A stretch of DNA of 64,000 nt from Geosiphon pyriformis uo1 (taxonomy: Eukaryota; Fungi; Glomeromycota): contig JAAOMT010000261.1 of the NCBI GenBank assembly GCA_016748015.1, positions 74,733 to 138,732 on the forward strand. Reading direction: 5' to 3'. Below, in pieces: positions 1 through 12,948 of this stretch. The stretch's first letter is position 1; every line of letters starts with the position of its first letter. The notes beneath the pieces are model-generated. The model had not been told where the DNA came from. It ran no database searches and saw nothing but the letters and a program-made list of their open reading frames with translations. The translations under genes and the position numbers were made by a program.

Positions 1-3000
1 AACACTAACAGATAATTCACTGTCTAAGATCAAATCGATGAAGTAGCCAGCCACTTGGGCTTTACAAATTAGAGGAGTGATATTGCTATTGTCAGCAAGT
101 CCAGCTTGGTGAGGGTGTTTGTTGGTTTTGGGTGTCTTTTTCTTTGGAATCAGGAATTTGCGAAGATCTTTTCTGAATTGTGGATGGGTTATCAATTGGC
201 CAAAGGTTATATGTGCTGGGGTTTCCATAAGGCCTTTGACAACAGAATAGGGACTGTGGTTCCTTGTCCCATTTTCCATGTCTTTCTGGATAACCATATT
301 TTTTTTTGTTACAATGGTTACAATAATAGTGGGTGGGGTTTCTTGGGTCTTCATCTGGTGTGCTACACACAGTCATAGATAAGAGTTTCTTTTTGCAAAC
401 CGAGCATTCTAGCTTTGGTCTGCGTTACTGGTGGTTTCTTTGTGGATTTACCTGGTTCTATTTGGATCTTTCTTCACTGGTCCACATTGGTATGGCTGGT
501 AGTCCTGTTCTTTGGTCATCAGCCCAAGAGAGCTAATAGGTTTTAATGGCTGGTAGTGCTGGATTTTTCTCAAATTCAAAGGTAGGTTTTTGGTTGGTGC
601 TGGGTTTTTGGAAGTGGCTACAGGTGGCTGGAATTCTGGCCTGGTGGCCATTATAATTGATCAGAAGCTCTTGGGTGGTCCAGTCTAGGGTGGCTTTTGT
701 TAGCCAGTCATTCTTTACTAATGCTTGATATTGTGTAGCATTTATTACTAATACTTTTGTAGATATTACTATGCCATTAATTTTAAAAGGAAATGAGTTA
801 ATTTCACCATGAAGCAGGTTTGTACTTCCATTGGCTGTTATGATTTGGGATGTTGTGGTACAATCAACTTTAAAACTCAGTTGGTTTACTAGTTGAAGCA
901 TTACAATGCTTCCAGTGGATCTGCTATCTAAGATAAATTTGATTGGGGTATTGTTTACAGTGGCTTCCATATACATAGTAGTGATTGGGCATTTTTTATC
1001 CAATGCTGCTCTACTGAACATAGCCTTGTTTTCCTCTAATTCAAAAAAAAAATAGCTGCGAGACTGTTATCTTCAGTGGCAACTGCTAGTAATATTGTTT
1101 GGCTCAATTTGTTAAAGGAATTTTTGGTTCTGTTTATGTTTCTACCATTATTGTTTTCGATGATCAGATTTTTCAGTATATTAAAATAAGTTTGTTAATA
1201 ATTTTGGTAGTTTGGATTGATTTACTGACTGGTTCCGGCGCAGTTTGGATTCCTCTGAACCAATGTGTTCTGGTTCCACATGGGCTGATTTTGGGACTTA
1301 GGATGCCAATTCGGGTTGACTATTATGGGCTGTTACTAGTAAGTTCTTTGATTTTGATACATGGTAGGATATTGGCATGATATTGACATGTACTGGTTTT
1401 TGGGCATTTGGGGTGACATGTAATAATTATTTTCGCGTGCTTTCTGCATCATTCACATTCGACATTAACTAATCAAATGTCCTATGCATTTGCAAAAATA
1501 GCAGGCACGTGTTTCTGTTCTGAATTCCTGGTGCAATGAGTGATTATTTCGACTGTTGCTGACTTTCTGGCTGCATCTTTGGAATAGTTGGTATGTATTT
1601 CTTCTTGGATCCGGGATGAGATAACTTTCTATTTTCTTAGAGAGTTCCTCCCCTAATTGTGTTATTCTTTTCTTTAATGTTTCTGTCTTATTTTTTTCCA
1701 TTACCATGTTAACCATTTGACTATGATTAGCTTCTTTCTCAGCCAATTCAAGAGCTCTGGTGAGCATAATGGCTTTTGGTAAGGAATTAGAGTGGGCAGA
1801 GCATATTCTTCCTAAAATACTGCTTTTTAATCCTCTAATAAACTGATTTAAAACCTGAGGATCAGTATAGTATCCTTGTTTAATTGCTTCAATCTGATGG
1901 TGAATTCGATTGAATCAAGCAAGGTATTAGGTGACAGTTTTACCAGTATCTTGCTTAATAGTATTAAATTTGTTCTGTAGTTGAATTACAGCATTTGGGT
2001 TGCTAAAATACTTCAGGAGTGCATTTTTAAATTTGGTGAAGCTCGTGGGTTTTGTTTCTAGACTTTGATACTACAAGTTGGCTGTGCCTTTCAGGAAGAA
2101 AGATAATGTTTGAATTGCTCTTTGGTCATTCCAGTTATTTGTCTGGATGGTTTTTTGCACTTCTTTGAGCCATATATACACATCTATTTCTTCTTTCTCT
2201 CCTGAGAAATCTGTTAGTCTTGTGATATATGGTGTGGCCATTTTGTCACCATTTTCTGCTAGTAGGCTTATTGGTCTAAGAGGAGATGGGATGATATTTT
2301 CTTGAACATTCTTAAAGGTGGCTTCTTTTATATTTACTTCTTTCTTTTGATCATGAGTTTTTTGGTTTCTGGACTGGCTGCTTGTTCCAGTGACTGGTCT
2401 TGTGCTTGTTTTTTCACTGGTTTCTTTGGATTCTGATTCAGACTCTTCTTCACGGTTTTTAAACCCCACTCCAAATTTTGGTTGAAAAAAGAGTTTTTAG
2501 AATAGCAATGAATATTTTCCTGTAATTGGTATATCTTCCCAATTGTGTTGTTTAAGCTTCTTAGTGTAATTAGGAGTTCTTGGTATTTGTGGGGTTGATG
2601 TGGATGATGATGCAGCTCCTAATGGGAGTTGGATTTTATTATCTGAGGAAAAATAGTAAGATCTTTCTTCTGGTAAATGAAGGCATTGTTTCTTTACTGA
2701 TTGCATGATGTTTTTCTTAAGTGTTTGGGTGGGTGTTCCTAATTTTTGCTGATTTTTTTCATGATTAATTTCTGGATTGTGGATGAGTTCTCTGGTGTTC
2801 TTTGTGAATATTGGAAAATTTTGTTGGCGTATTGTTCTATTTCGCAATGGATTTTGACAATAGTCACGGCTATTACTGCTATTTCCTTTGTAGTGTATTG
2901 TAATAATTCTCTATATAATCCAAGTTTTGCATCATGTAGTTCTTCTTTCTTTCTTATGTGATAATTTATTCTGGCATTGATATAATAAGTAAGAGCAGAT

Positions 3001-4058
3001 TCTGCTGAACAACACTCTTCTGGTAATCCAAAATCACTTTGATTTTGTGTGTAAATAGCACAGCAGAATTTAAGAACAGTAAGGTTAGAGGTTTTTGTCA
3101 CCACTTTTGTCTCTTCCTTTTTAGCAATAAATTATTGCTAATTATTATTTTTTTTTGATTTTCTTTCTTCATAGGGTTCACCAAATGTTATGGGATGGTT
3201 TTCTTGGTATATTTAATTGCCAATATCCTGTTTTAATTGCAATCAGTCTCTCGTGAGTTCCTCAATTCTATTTGTGTAATAATGTCACTGTTATACTGAA
3301 GGCTTTTTCTTTAATGTCACAATGTAAGTTATTTCTCAATTCCTAATTGTTGTATATGTTTATATACTTCTTTTTAGAGACTGAACTGAAATCTATCTGC
3401 TGTCTGGGGTCTTCTCTGAGACTATTCTTGCAATTGCCTGATGTGTTTCTCTAATCTAGAAACACAGAATGTTAATGGTCTTTAGTGCTTTTCTTAATTC
3501 TTACAATAAAGCTTTTATCAATTAGTAATAATGTGAATAATCTTGATCAGAGATTATTCTTCCAAGGAATTCAACTGATGAATGATAGTTTCATTCAATA
3601 ATTAACACAAGTGAGTTTTTTACTACTTTGGGTTGTGATAATTCAGTTTTAAATATTCTTTTTCATTTCTTTTTAATTTAAAAGTTTCTTGGGATATTTA
3701 ATTTAAAAGTACAATTTAAAGTAGAGTTTGTTGGATAAATTGGATCTATTGCTTGATAAGTTATGATTTTTATTACTTGATTGACTTTTCTCAATATTAA
3801 AGCTACTGTATATATACATGTTTGTAGTTCTATGAGAAAACACATTGTAATACTTTTTTTTTGATATTTCAATCTGGTGTTTGCTGCTATCACCAATTGG
3901 TATTGGCTGCTATTGTAAACTGGTGCTTGCCACTATCACAAGATGGTGTTTGCTACTATGTTAATTATTACTTTTCTAAAATTATTACTGCACTATATTA
4001 TGATTGAATAGTTTATATTATTTTTATGATTCTTTTGCTAAATTTTTAAACTATAACA
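1..4058 (-). mobile_element. Decayed Ty3/Gypsy LTR retrotransposon (element C): 5' LTR, PBS, gag, protease and start of the Cys-rich domain; continues beyond the window start
   Basis: Minus-strand ORF remnants: aspartic protease FILDSRSTGSIV (533-1021; DSG>DSR), zinc knuckle CYFCKCIGHLISQC (~1460-1505), gag motifs (FSGEKEE..W..AIQTNNWND, 2071-2469), Cys-rich piece at 92-376. PBS TGGTGAACCCTATG on the minus strand at ~3170-3183, next to an LTR bounded by TGTTAT..ATAACA. Confidence 0.85.
3186..4058 (-). repeat. 5' LTR of element C
   Basis: Terminal inverted TGTTAT (3186) / ATAACA (4058), 2 nt from the PBS; internal short repeats ctggtgtttgctgctat. Confidence 0.7.
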
Positions 4059-4217
4059 ATACTGAAAATGTCTTTAAAACAAAATCACAACTGAATCTCT
4101 GTCTATTATACAAAAAACTCAACCAAAACCTTCAAATATTACCAACACCATTATCAATTGAGCACCAAGTTATGGATTTGTTATTTGCTTTAAGACCCCA
4201 AATAATCATTTGTAACA
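4059..4217 (+). repeat. 3' end (U5) of a family-A Gypsy LTR, truncated by insertion of element C
   Basis: Matches the ends of the LTRs at 26640-26797 and 35860-36016 (caactgaatctctgtc..gagcaccaagttatg..aataatcatttgtaaca). Confidence 0.8.
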
Positions 4218-6593
4218 CTATAAAACACACACTATTTGATTTAACTTATAAAAGAACAACAATATTACCAATTAATTTTACAGTAAAAACATAACCAGTA
4301 CAACCAATTAATAAAGAAAACTTTCAAAAAACATTTCAATAAAAAGTCTATACTTTTTTTAGTATATTGGAAGAAAAATAACAAATTGTAGCTATCTATA
4401 TTAAATATTTTTAAGCTTAATAAAAAGAATAGCATAACAACAAACTGTTACCAGTCACCAATAAATTTAAAATTGGAAATAAAGTTTTCTTACACAAAAT
4501 TAAGGCTAAAAAACAATGGAGTAGAAAATTTAAACATAAATAAGATAGATTATTCTATATTCATAAAGGTTTAGGCAATGAATTATACAAATTAAAACTT
4601 AATAACAAAGTCTTAACAAAAGTTGCACATAGAGATTAATTAAAACATTACCACTTTAAAACAAATTCTGAATTATTAATTCCACAAATTAGTACATATT
4701 CCTCTTTAATTAATCCTAAAAATATTTCTTGAAACTTAAAATCAATAGTTGTAATAGAACAACAACTAAACTTAAACACTTAATTTAATATTATAACTCT
4801 TTTAATAATACACAAACATAAAACAAAAATAGTAAATAATTACAAAAAATATTCAAATCCAAAACATATAAAACTTCTATATCCAAAAATAATTTCTTTA
4901 TTTTTTTCAAATTTTTTTCAAAATTTTTATTCTTAGTTAGTTACTTTTTATTATAATTATTTCCTGAAACATTTAGCAAATATCTCAAAAATTAATGTTA
5001 ATATTGAAAACACTTTCTGATTTATCCATAACAATTAATAAAAATTAAATTAATTACATTCAAAAAAAAACTACAACACCAATAGTACTTAATTTACAAA
5101 ATTATTACCTTTATAAAAGAAAAACAAGAAGTTACTTTGGAAATCAATTACCAGAACTTTTAAAGCAAGTTTTAAAAAAAAATTTTTTAATTGTCCCTAT
5201 TGACATTTCATCAAATGCTACAACTTAACAAAAACTTCTACTATTTTTCAATAAACAAAACAATAAACATAATCTTATTTATAAATATTTTCATATTGGA
5301 AAAACATTTTATGAACGAAAACTGGAACTTAAAACAACAAATTTCATCTTTAAAGCTATATAAAAACAAATTTACAATAAATTCAAAACAGCAACTAGAC
5401 CAACAAATACTTGTTACAAACTTAAAACAGCTTTTAGACTTTATAACTTGTTTAACACTTGTAAAAATGTCTTATAAAATTCAATACTATAACCAATAAA
5501 GATTCAATATATTGGCAAGCTTACAGAACTGATTTTTTTAACAATTTCAAACCAAATTACCATGATTATTTTGGACCACTATTTTAATATTACAGATAGT
5601 TCTTAGACTTTAATGAAGCTCAGTTTTGAAAAAAAAATTATGTTACTAGTAGAATTTTAGCTATTAATTAGCATAAAATTACTCTTATAATTCCTATTAT
5701 TAATTAGCATATATTAATATTATTTTAAATTATTACTTATTATTTAATCAAATTATTAAATATTACTATTTAATTAATAAATTAATTTATACTATAGAAA
5801 TTAAAATGATCAAATTACATAATACTCTGAACTACTTAACATTTAAGAATTTGCCAAAATTTGCCAAAATAATAAATAATTTACCAAAATAGTTAATAGT
5901 TCATAAAAATAACTTGTAGTTTGCCAAAATGTATTTTTGATTTATTAAAATTATAGCAAAGAAAAAAGTTTGAGTTCAAAAACTAGTATTATAACAAGTT
6001 GTATAAAAAAAAAGCTTCTCTTTTCAAAAAAATATAACTTACTTTAGATATTTTAATTAGAATTAATTATCTCTTATATATCTTTACAAATTAAATAAAA
6101 ATCAAATATTTATAAACCCAAATCTCTAATTATTATACTGAAAATTTCCGAAATCCAACTAACATTTTTGAAATTAATTAGTTACCAATTTTAGTAATCT
6201 GTTAATGATTTCAGGTCTGAATAGAAAATAATTCTTTTGACAAAATTCTATTTTTTTATATTTTTTTTATATTTTTTTACTTTTTTTATTATAAATATTA
6301 AATTAGTTTATAAACAAGATTCCTGTAAAAGAATTGACTTTTACAACAAAGTAACTACATATTTTTAGTAAGCTTCCAGACAGATAATTCCTAAGAAAAA
6401 GTTAATTTTTATTACAAAGTAATTACATATAGTAACTGACATAAAATTGGCTATTTTACTTATAAGTTTAGTAGTTTAATTATAAGAGATAATTTAAAAA
6501 TAAATTCAATTATCAGAGATTCATTAGCTTCCAAAAAACATAAATTGACAGCAATAACATTTAAAAAAAGAGACCCAAAAACCTTCAGTAACA
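4218..6593 (+). mobile_element. 3' part of a decayed Gypsy element (element B): integrase C-terminus, extra 3' ORF remnant, PPT and 3' LTR (5641-6593)
   Basis: 4218-4780 reads as an integrase C-terminus (FKIGNKVFLHKIKAKKQWSRKF, colinear with 34140-34220). A purine tract precedes TGTTAC at 5641, and the LTR ends GTAACA at 6593. Confidence 0.7.
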
Positions 6594-9500
6594 GTATTAA
6601 AAACAGTTCTATTGAATAATAGTATTTCTAATTGGGTTTCTAATTTAAAGAGAAATATAGTTGCAAGTAATTCATTTTCTGTGATGGTTGCTAATGAAAT
6701 ATTGTTGGTAAGTATTTGTTAATTGGTTTTTAAATTGTTGGATATGTTGTCTTCTGGGATAACTAAGAGACTTAAATAGTTCTGGAAATTTGAGTTTTGG
6801 ATATATTCACTTTCCAAACTTCTTGAATGTAATTTTGATGATTGATTTAATAAGCTAGGAATCAGTTAATGCATAACTATTGCTGATCTCTAATTTTGTT
6901 ACATGTGTGTCATTTTTGGTTTTTGGTTGCCAATTGATATTTGACTTAAATTTTGTAGTGGTGCTTGAATTGGTAATAATTAATATATAATTTATAGCTA
7001 TGGCTGATAGATGATTTGTGGCTGTAGCTGATAGATAATTGGTTCTGAAGCTTGATATACTGAAAGTAAGTATATCAGTTATTATGTCTTTGAGGTATAA
7101 TGAGATTGATATAGTTCTTGATTTGAGATATAATTTGGAGTTTAAAATTGGCAATTGGGATTTCAATATTAATTTTCTGATTATTAATTATTTAATCTTA
7201 ATTGGTAGTCTATTCTTAAATATTCTTGTTTATTACAATAGTAACAGATATGTGTCTTTTGCTATCATAATTAATTGGTTAATGATAATAATAAATGTAA
7301 TTAATTCTAAAAACAATTGGAGTTTTCAGAATTGTTACAGTATTGTAAAAATTGATAGATTATCTAATTATTAGCTAAGTATCTCTTGATTTTTTGATTA
7401 ATGGTTTTGCCAAGTTGTTTCAATTTAGTATCCAATTTAAATGATCCATTTATTATTAAGTTGACAACTTGAGTGTGGTTGGCTTTGAATTTGGCCAATT
7501 TAAAATCTCTGACATAAGTTACTATATCTTAAAGAATGTTTGGATGCATTGGTCATATTTATTATAACAAGCTACTATGTAATCTGTGGATAAACTGGTT
7601 CAATATTTGTGCCTTAATAAAGTAATCAGTTTGTATTGCTTGTATTTGGTGCAAATTTCTGTGAAAATGTTCTAAGTAAGTGGTAATTGCTTTAGTTTTA
7701 TCTTGTTTGAGTGTAGTAAAACTAGTTAATAACCAATTAATACTGTTGTGATCACTAAAGTATTGTAGAAATGTGGTTTTAAATATATCAAAGATTTATA
7801 ACTTGTTGACAAGATTCTAATATCATAAGTTGATAGTACTCTGTAAAAAGTAGAGAATAACTTGAAAAGCTCTGTTATTGTTCTAATTATTGGCTGTAAT
7901 TGCCTTGGCTATATTATTTAATTATAATTGGATTTTGTTCTTTTTGCCAATGAATTTTTTAAGTTTGACAATAGATATATATGCTATTGATACTACTTGT
8001 TGTTGTTGTAATTGTTGTGGTAATAAAGTAATTAGTATAACTGGTGAATTAATTATAATGACTAGAGGTAAGTCTTGCTAAATAATAGGAATGGAGTTTA
8101 GATTATTCAAGTTTTGTTGAGTTGGAACAATCAGAGTTTGTATTTTCAGATTATTTGGAATCAGATCTTAATTATTGTTTTTTTGACTGCTGTCTTTTTC
8201 TTCTGAATTGGTATCTTTTCAATAATGAGTAAATCTAAAATTTGGTTGGAATGGCAGTAATTAGAGTTTTAATGGTATTATTGGTTGCAATTTAAATCCT
8301 TTAAAGTAATTGCCATAAGTTCCTAATAATTTGGCTTTCTTTTGATTATTTTGGAATAATACTCTGAGTAATAGTGTTTTCATAATTGATGGTAATATGG
8401 ATCTTGATAATATGTGTATGGTATTTTTTAGTATTGTTACAGATAATTATTTGGGGTTTCAAATCAAATAACAAATCCATAACTTGGTGCTCAATAGCTG
8501 GTAGAGATGTTGATATCTAAAAATTTTGGTTAAGTTTTTTGTATAATAAACAGAAATTCAATTGTTGTTTTTATTTATCACTTCCCAGAATTGCAATTCT
8601 GTCAATTTTTTTTTTGGCTTGGTAGTCAGCAATCTCCTGATAAGCTATCTTTAATTATAAGTGTCTACTCTTATTTCTAGATTTTTTACCAATGCTATAT
8701 CCTGATGTTAGTACTTCTATGTATTAATCAATTAGTAAACAATAAAAAAAATAAAAAATAAAAAATAAAAAATAAAAAATAAAAAAAATAAAAAAAATTA
8801 AGCCAAGGCAATAAAAAGTTAATATTCCATCAATAGCCATAATCAAGAACTATTGTTTCAGTATAGTTAAGTGTTGGATTTTATCAACATGAAGTATTAA
8901 TAAATAGAAAAATAATTAGATTTTCAAACAAATAACAATAACATGAATTTAAAGAATTAAAAAGATATTTTATTTATATAATTCTATTTCAGTTGATAGC
9001 AACTATTTTTGAAATAAGAGTTAATAAATAAAAAAGAAAGAAGATTGTTCTAAATTAATAAAACTCTATTAAATTCTCCTAGAATTCTTGAATTCTTTTA
9101 GAATTAATTTTTCTGCTTTTAATACTTTCACTATATATATATAATTTATGTTATACGAAATTCTATACATTTATAAGCAATATGCCATAATTTTTTAAAT
9201 AATGTTTACATTGCTAAGCAATGTGTCTGTAATTTCTGACAATGTGTTCATTACTAAGCAATGTACCATAATTCTCTGACAATGCTTCACATTGTTGAAC
9301 AATGTGCTCACATGCTAAATATTATTCTCTTATTGGTCTATTTTCTCTATTCATTTTTCCTATTATTTTTCTTGTATTTTTTTTTATAAGTAATATTATT
9401 CTCTTCTATAATATTAAACTTCTGCAAAATTTTCTAAATTTCTCTTTTGTATTAATGTTGTTGCTGTAATTTCTATTGCTATTTTTTAAATCTAATTTTA

Positions 9501-12500
9501 TATGTAACTGGAGTTTTTAACTATAGTGGTCTGTTCAAAATATCCAAGTTCAAATCTTGTATTTGTATTATGTATATGTTTAAACATAATGTCCTTATTA
9601 TTATTACTGAATTGAGTTAATTTTTGCTCCATTGTAAGATCTAAAAGTGTAATATATTGTTTGGTGTTTGAAGTGGATTTTGAATTGTTATTGGCAGAGT
9701 TTAAATTGTCATTATCATTAACAGAGTTTAAATCATTGTCATCATTAGAGAAGTTTGAATTAGGATTAATTTCTGATTCCAATTTCTATTTGTTCTTATT
9801 AATTGGTTCTTCTTTAAATATATGATACATGAGAGTGGATTGTAACTACATTTCAATATTCTGACTTAGGGCCATCAGATGAGTTTTGCTAATTTATGGT
9901 ACTGTGGAAATTAGGTTTTATTGGGCTATTGGAGATAAGTTTCCTTGTATAATAGCAGTATTTAGAATTTATCAGACCTCAAATGTTCAGGTTTTTGAAT
10001 AATTCTCAGAGTTTGAATTGCTAAAAATTTAACAAGTTTTATTAACGATAAGTTTTTTTGTATGATAGTAGAGTTAAGATTATTGGGTTTTGAATGTTTG
10101 GGTTTTTAAACAATTAGGTCTTGAATAATTAGAGTTTTAACAAGTTTTTTAATGATAATACTAAAATAAAAATTTTATAAATCCTAAATGATTTTTCCTT
10201 GTTTTTTCTTGGTTTGCCACTTTTCTGCATGGTTGTTGCTAGTGCTGGTTCTTTGTTAGATTATATCTCACAGGAAGCACCAAATGTTACAGGTAATTAT
10301 TTAGAGTCTTGAATCAAATAACAAACTCATAACTTGGTATTCAATAGCTAGTAGGGATGTTGATATCTAAAAGTTTTGGGATCTGAAAATTTTGGTTGAG
10401 TTTTTTGTATAATAAACAGAAATTCAAGTATTGTTTTTATTCATTGCTTCTTAGAATCACAATTCCATCAATTTTTTTCTTGGCTTAATGGCTGATAATT
10501 TCCTGATAAACTATTCTCATTTATAAGTGTCTATCCTTATTCCTGAATTTTTTACCAGTGCTATATTCTGACATTAGTATCTCTGCATATTAATCAATTA
10601 GTAAACAATAAATAAAAAAATAAAAAAAATTAAGCCAAGACAATAAAAAGTTAGTATTCTGTCAATAGCCATAATCAAGAGCTATTGTTTCAGTATGGTT
10701 AAGTGTTGGATTTTATCAACATAAAGTGTTGATAAATAGAAAAGTAATTAGATTTTCAAACAAATAATAATAACATGGATTTGAAGAATTAAAAAGATAT
10801 TTTATTTATATAATTCTATTTTGGTTAATAGCAACTATCCTTAAAATGAGAGTTAATAAATAGAGAAGAAAAGAAATTGTTTTAAATTAATAAAACTCTA
10901 TTGAATTCTTCTGGAATTAATTTTTCTGCTTTTAATACTCTTGCTATATATATATAATTTATGTTATATGAGATTCCATATATTTGTGAACAATGTGCCA
11001 TAATTTCTTGAACAATACTCACATTGCTGAGCAATATGTCTGTAATTTCTAATAATGTGTACATTGCTAAGCAATGTGCCATGATTCTCTGACAATGCTT
11101 CACATTGCTGAGCAATGTGTTTATATGCTAAATACTATTTTTTTATTGGTCTATTTTCTCTATTCGTTTTTCTTACTATTTTTCTTGTATTTTTTTTCTA
11201 TAAGTAACAGTATACAATAGTATGATAAATAAATAAATAAAACAATTCTTGGTTTTTTTCAATTAGACAGTTGTATTTTTCTTGATGTTCTTGCTAATGT
11301 TTGTAATTTTTTTTGTTTACAAAGATAATAAAAATTTTTTTTAGATGTAATTTCTTGTTTATTTCTGTGATTATTGGTACAAACAGATGGTTTGATAGAA
11401 GTATGGTGTTTTAAAATAATTTACTGTAGAAATTGTTAAGAACAGTTTCTGGATTTTTTTGGTTTTTCAAATAGGATTTAATTTTTTTGTTAATGTAGTA
11501 ATTGAAAGCTAATTCTGTTGGCCAATTGTTACTTGTCAATTTAAGATAACTTTGATAATGTTGAAATAAAGATTTCGTAAATTCTAAATGATTTTTTTCT
11601 ATAATTTTTTGGTCTGCCACTTTTTCAGATAATTGCTGCTAGTACTGGTTTTTTGTTAAATTATATTTCATAAGAAGCATCAAATGTTACAAATAATTAT
11701 TTAAGATGTTGATACAAATTAAAAATCTGTAATTTGGTGCTCAATAGCTTAATAATGTTAGTAATATCTAAAAGTTTTCATGATTTGAAAATTTTGGTAG
11801 AATCTTTTGTATAATGAAAAGAGATTCAATTGATGTTTTAGTATTTGTTTCAAAAGTTTTTTCCATAAATTTTTTTTTCAGCATAATGGCCAGTTTTTTT
11901 AGCAGTTTTGTTTTTCTGATAAGCTATTTTTAATTTTATAAGTTTTCTATTCTTGTTTTACAAATTTTTTACCAAATTATTCTTAATATCAATAATTTAG
12001 CACTTAATTTCTTTTAATCAATTAATAAACAACACAGAAACAAAACAAAAAAACATAAAAAAAATAAAAAAAAATAAAAATAAAAATAAAAAATTAGTAT
12101 TTTGTCAATAACCATAATTAAGAGCTATTAATCTAGTATGATTAAGCATTAGATTCTATCAATATGAAGTATTAATAGAATAAAAGTGATTAATATTTTT
12201 TAATTAAGCAATAATAACATAGATTTAAGTAATAATTAATATTTTATTAATATGTAATTTGATATTACTTTAAGTTGTAAAAAATTATCTTTTAAAAAAA
12301 AAAGTATTAAATAATTAATAAATTGTTGGTTTCAATTCTGTTCTTTTTGTTTCTAATACTTTTACTATATATACTTAATTTTTGTTATACAAGATCTCAC
12401 ATTTTTTTAAGCAATATGCCTTATTTTCTTTAATAATGTTCTCATTGTTAAGTAATATGCTATGATTTTTTAACAATGTACATATTGCTAAATAGTGTAT

Positions 12501-12689
12501 TATAATTTACTGACAATGTATGCATTTTTAAGCAGTATACTATAATTTACTGACAATATGCATATTGTTAAGCAATATGTCATAATTTCTGATCTTGTAT
12601 TTACTTGTTAAGTATTATTCTTCTATTGATCTATTTTTCTTATCTGTTTTTTTTACTTTTTTTCTTTGTACTTTTTTTTATAAGTAATA
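6594..12689 (-). mobile_element. Decayed family-A Gypsy element (A1): 5' LTR 11685-12689, PBS and gag; interrupted at 8431-11213 and cut at 6593 by element B
   Basis: Minus-strand gag remnants (MADQKIIEKNHLEFTKSLFQHY.. 11411-11620; 6600-8430) colinear with 26859-29220. Mutated PBS at ~11667-11682. LTR bounded by TGTTAC..GTAATA. Confidence 0.8.
8435..11209 (-). mobile_element. Internally deleted non-autonomous family-A LTR element (A2): LTRs 8435-9395 and 10285-11209
   Basis: Two similar ~930-960 bp LTRs; intact PBS (plus-strand CTCACAGGAAGCACCA, 10267-10282); PPT at ~9396-9410; 4-bp TSD GTAT at 8431-8434 and 11210-11213. The ~890 bp interior holds gag and dUTPase N-terminal fragments (HIHNTNTRFELGY). 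Confidence 0.85.
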
Positions 12690-12948
12690 CCAAACATCAT
12701 TAATAAAAACACCAGAAATTAACAAAGAAAATAAATTAGTTTTTATTTAATTAGTCAAATATCTTAATAATATTTTTTAATTAAAAACTTAGTATTTAAA
12801 AATTAAATTAAAATTTTTATATATAATAATTTTTATAAAAAAAAGAAACCAAATTTATATTGTTTTTTTAAATAGTTTTTATGTAAAAATTATTTATAAT
12901 TACATATTTAAAATAAAAATTTTTCTAAAAACAATAATAAAATTTAAA

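Noticed and set aside
10882-11115. 77-aa repetitive ORF
   Set aside because: Translation of the LTR tandem array, not a gene.
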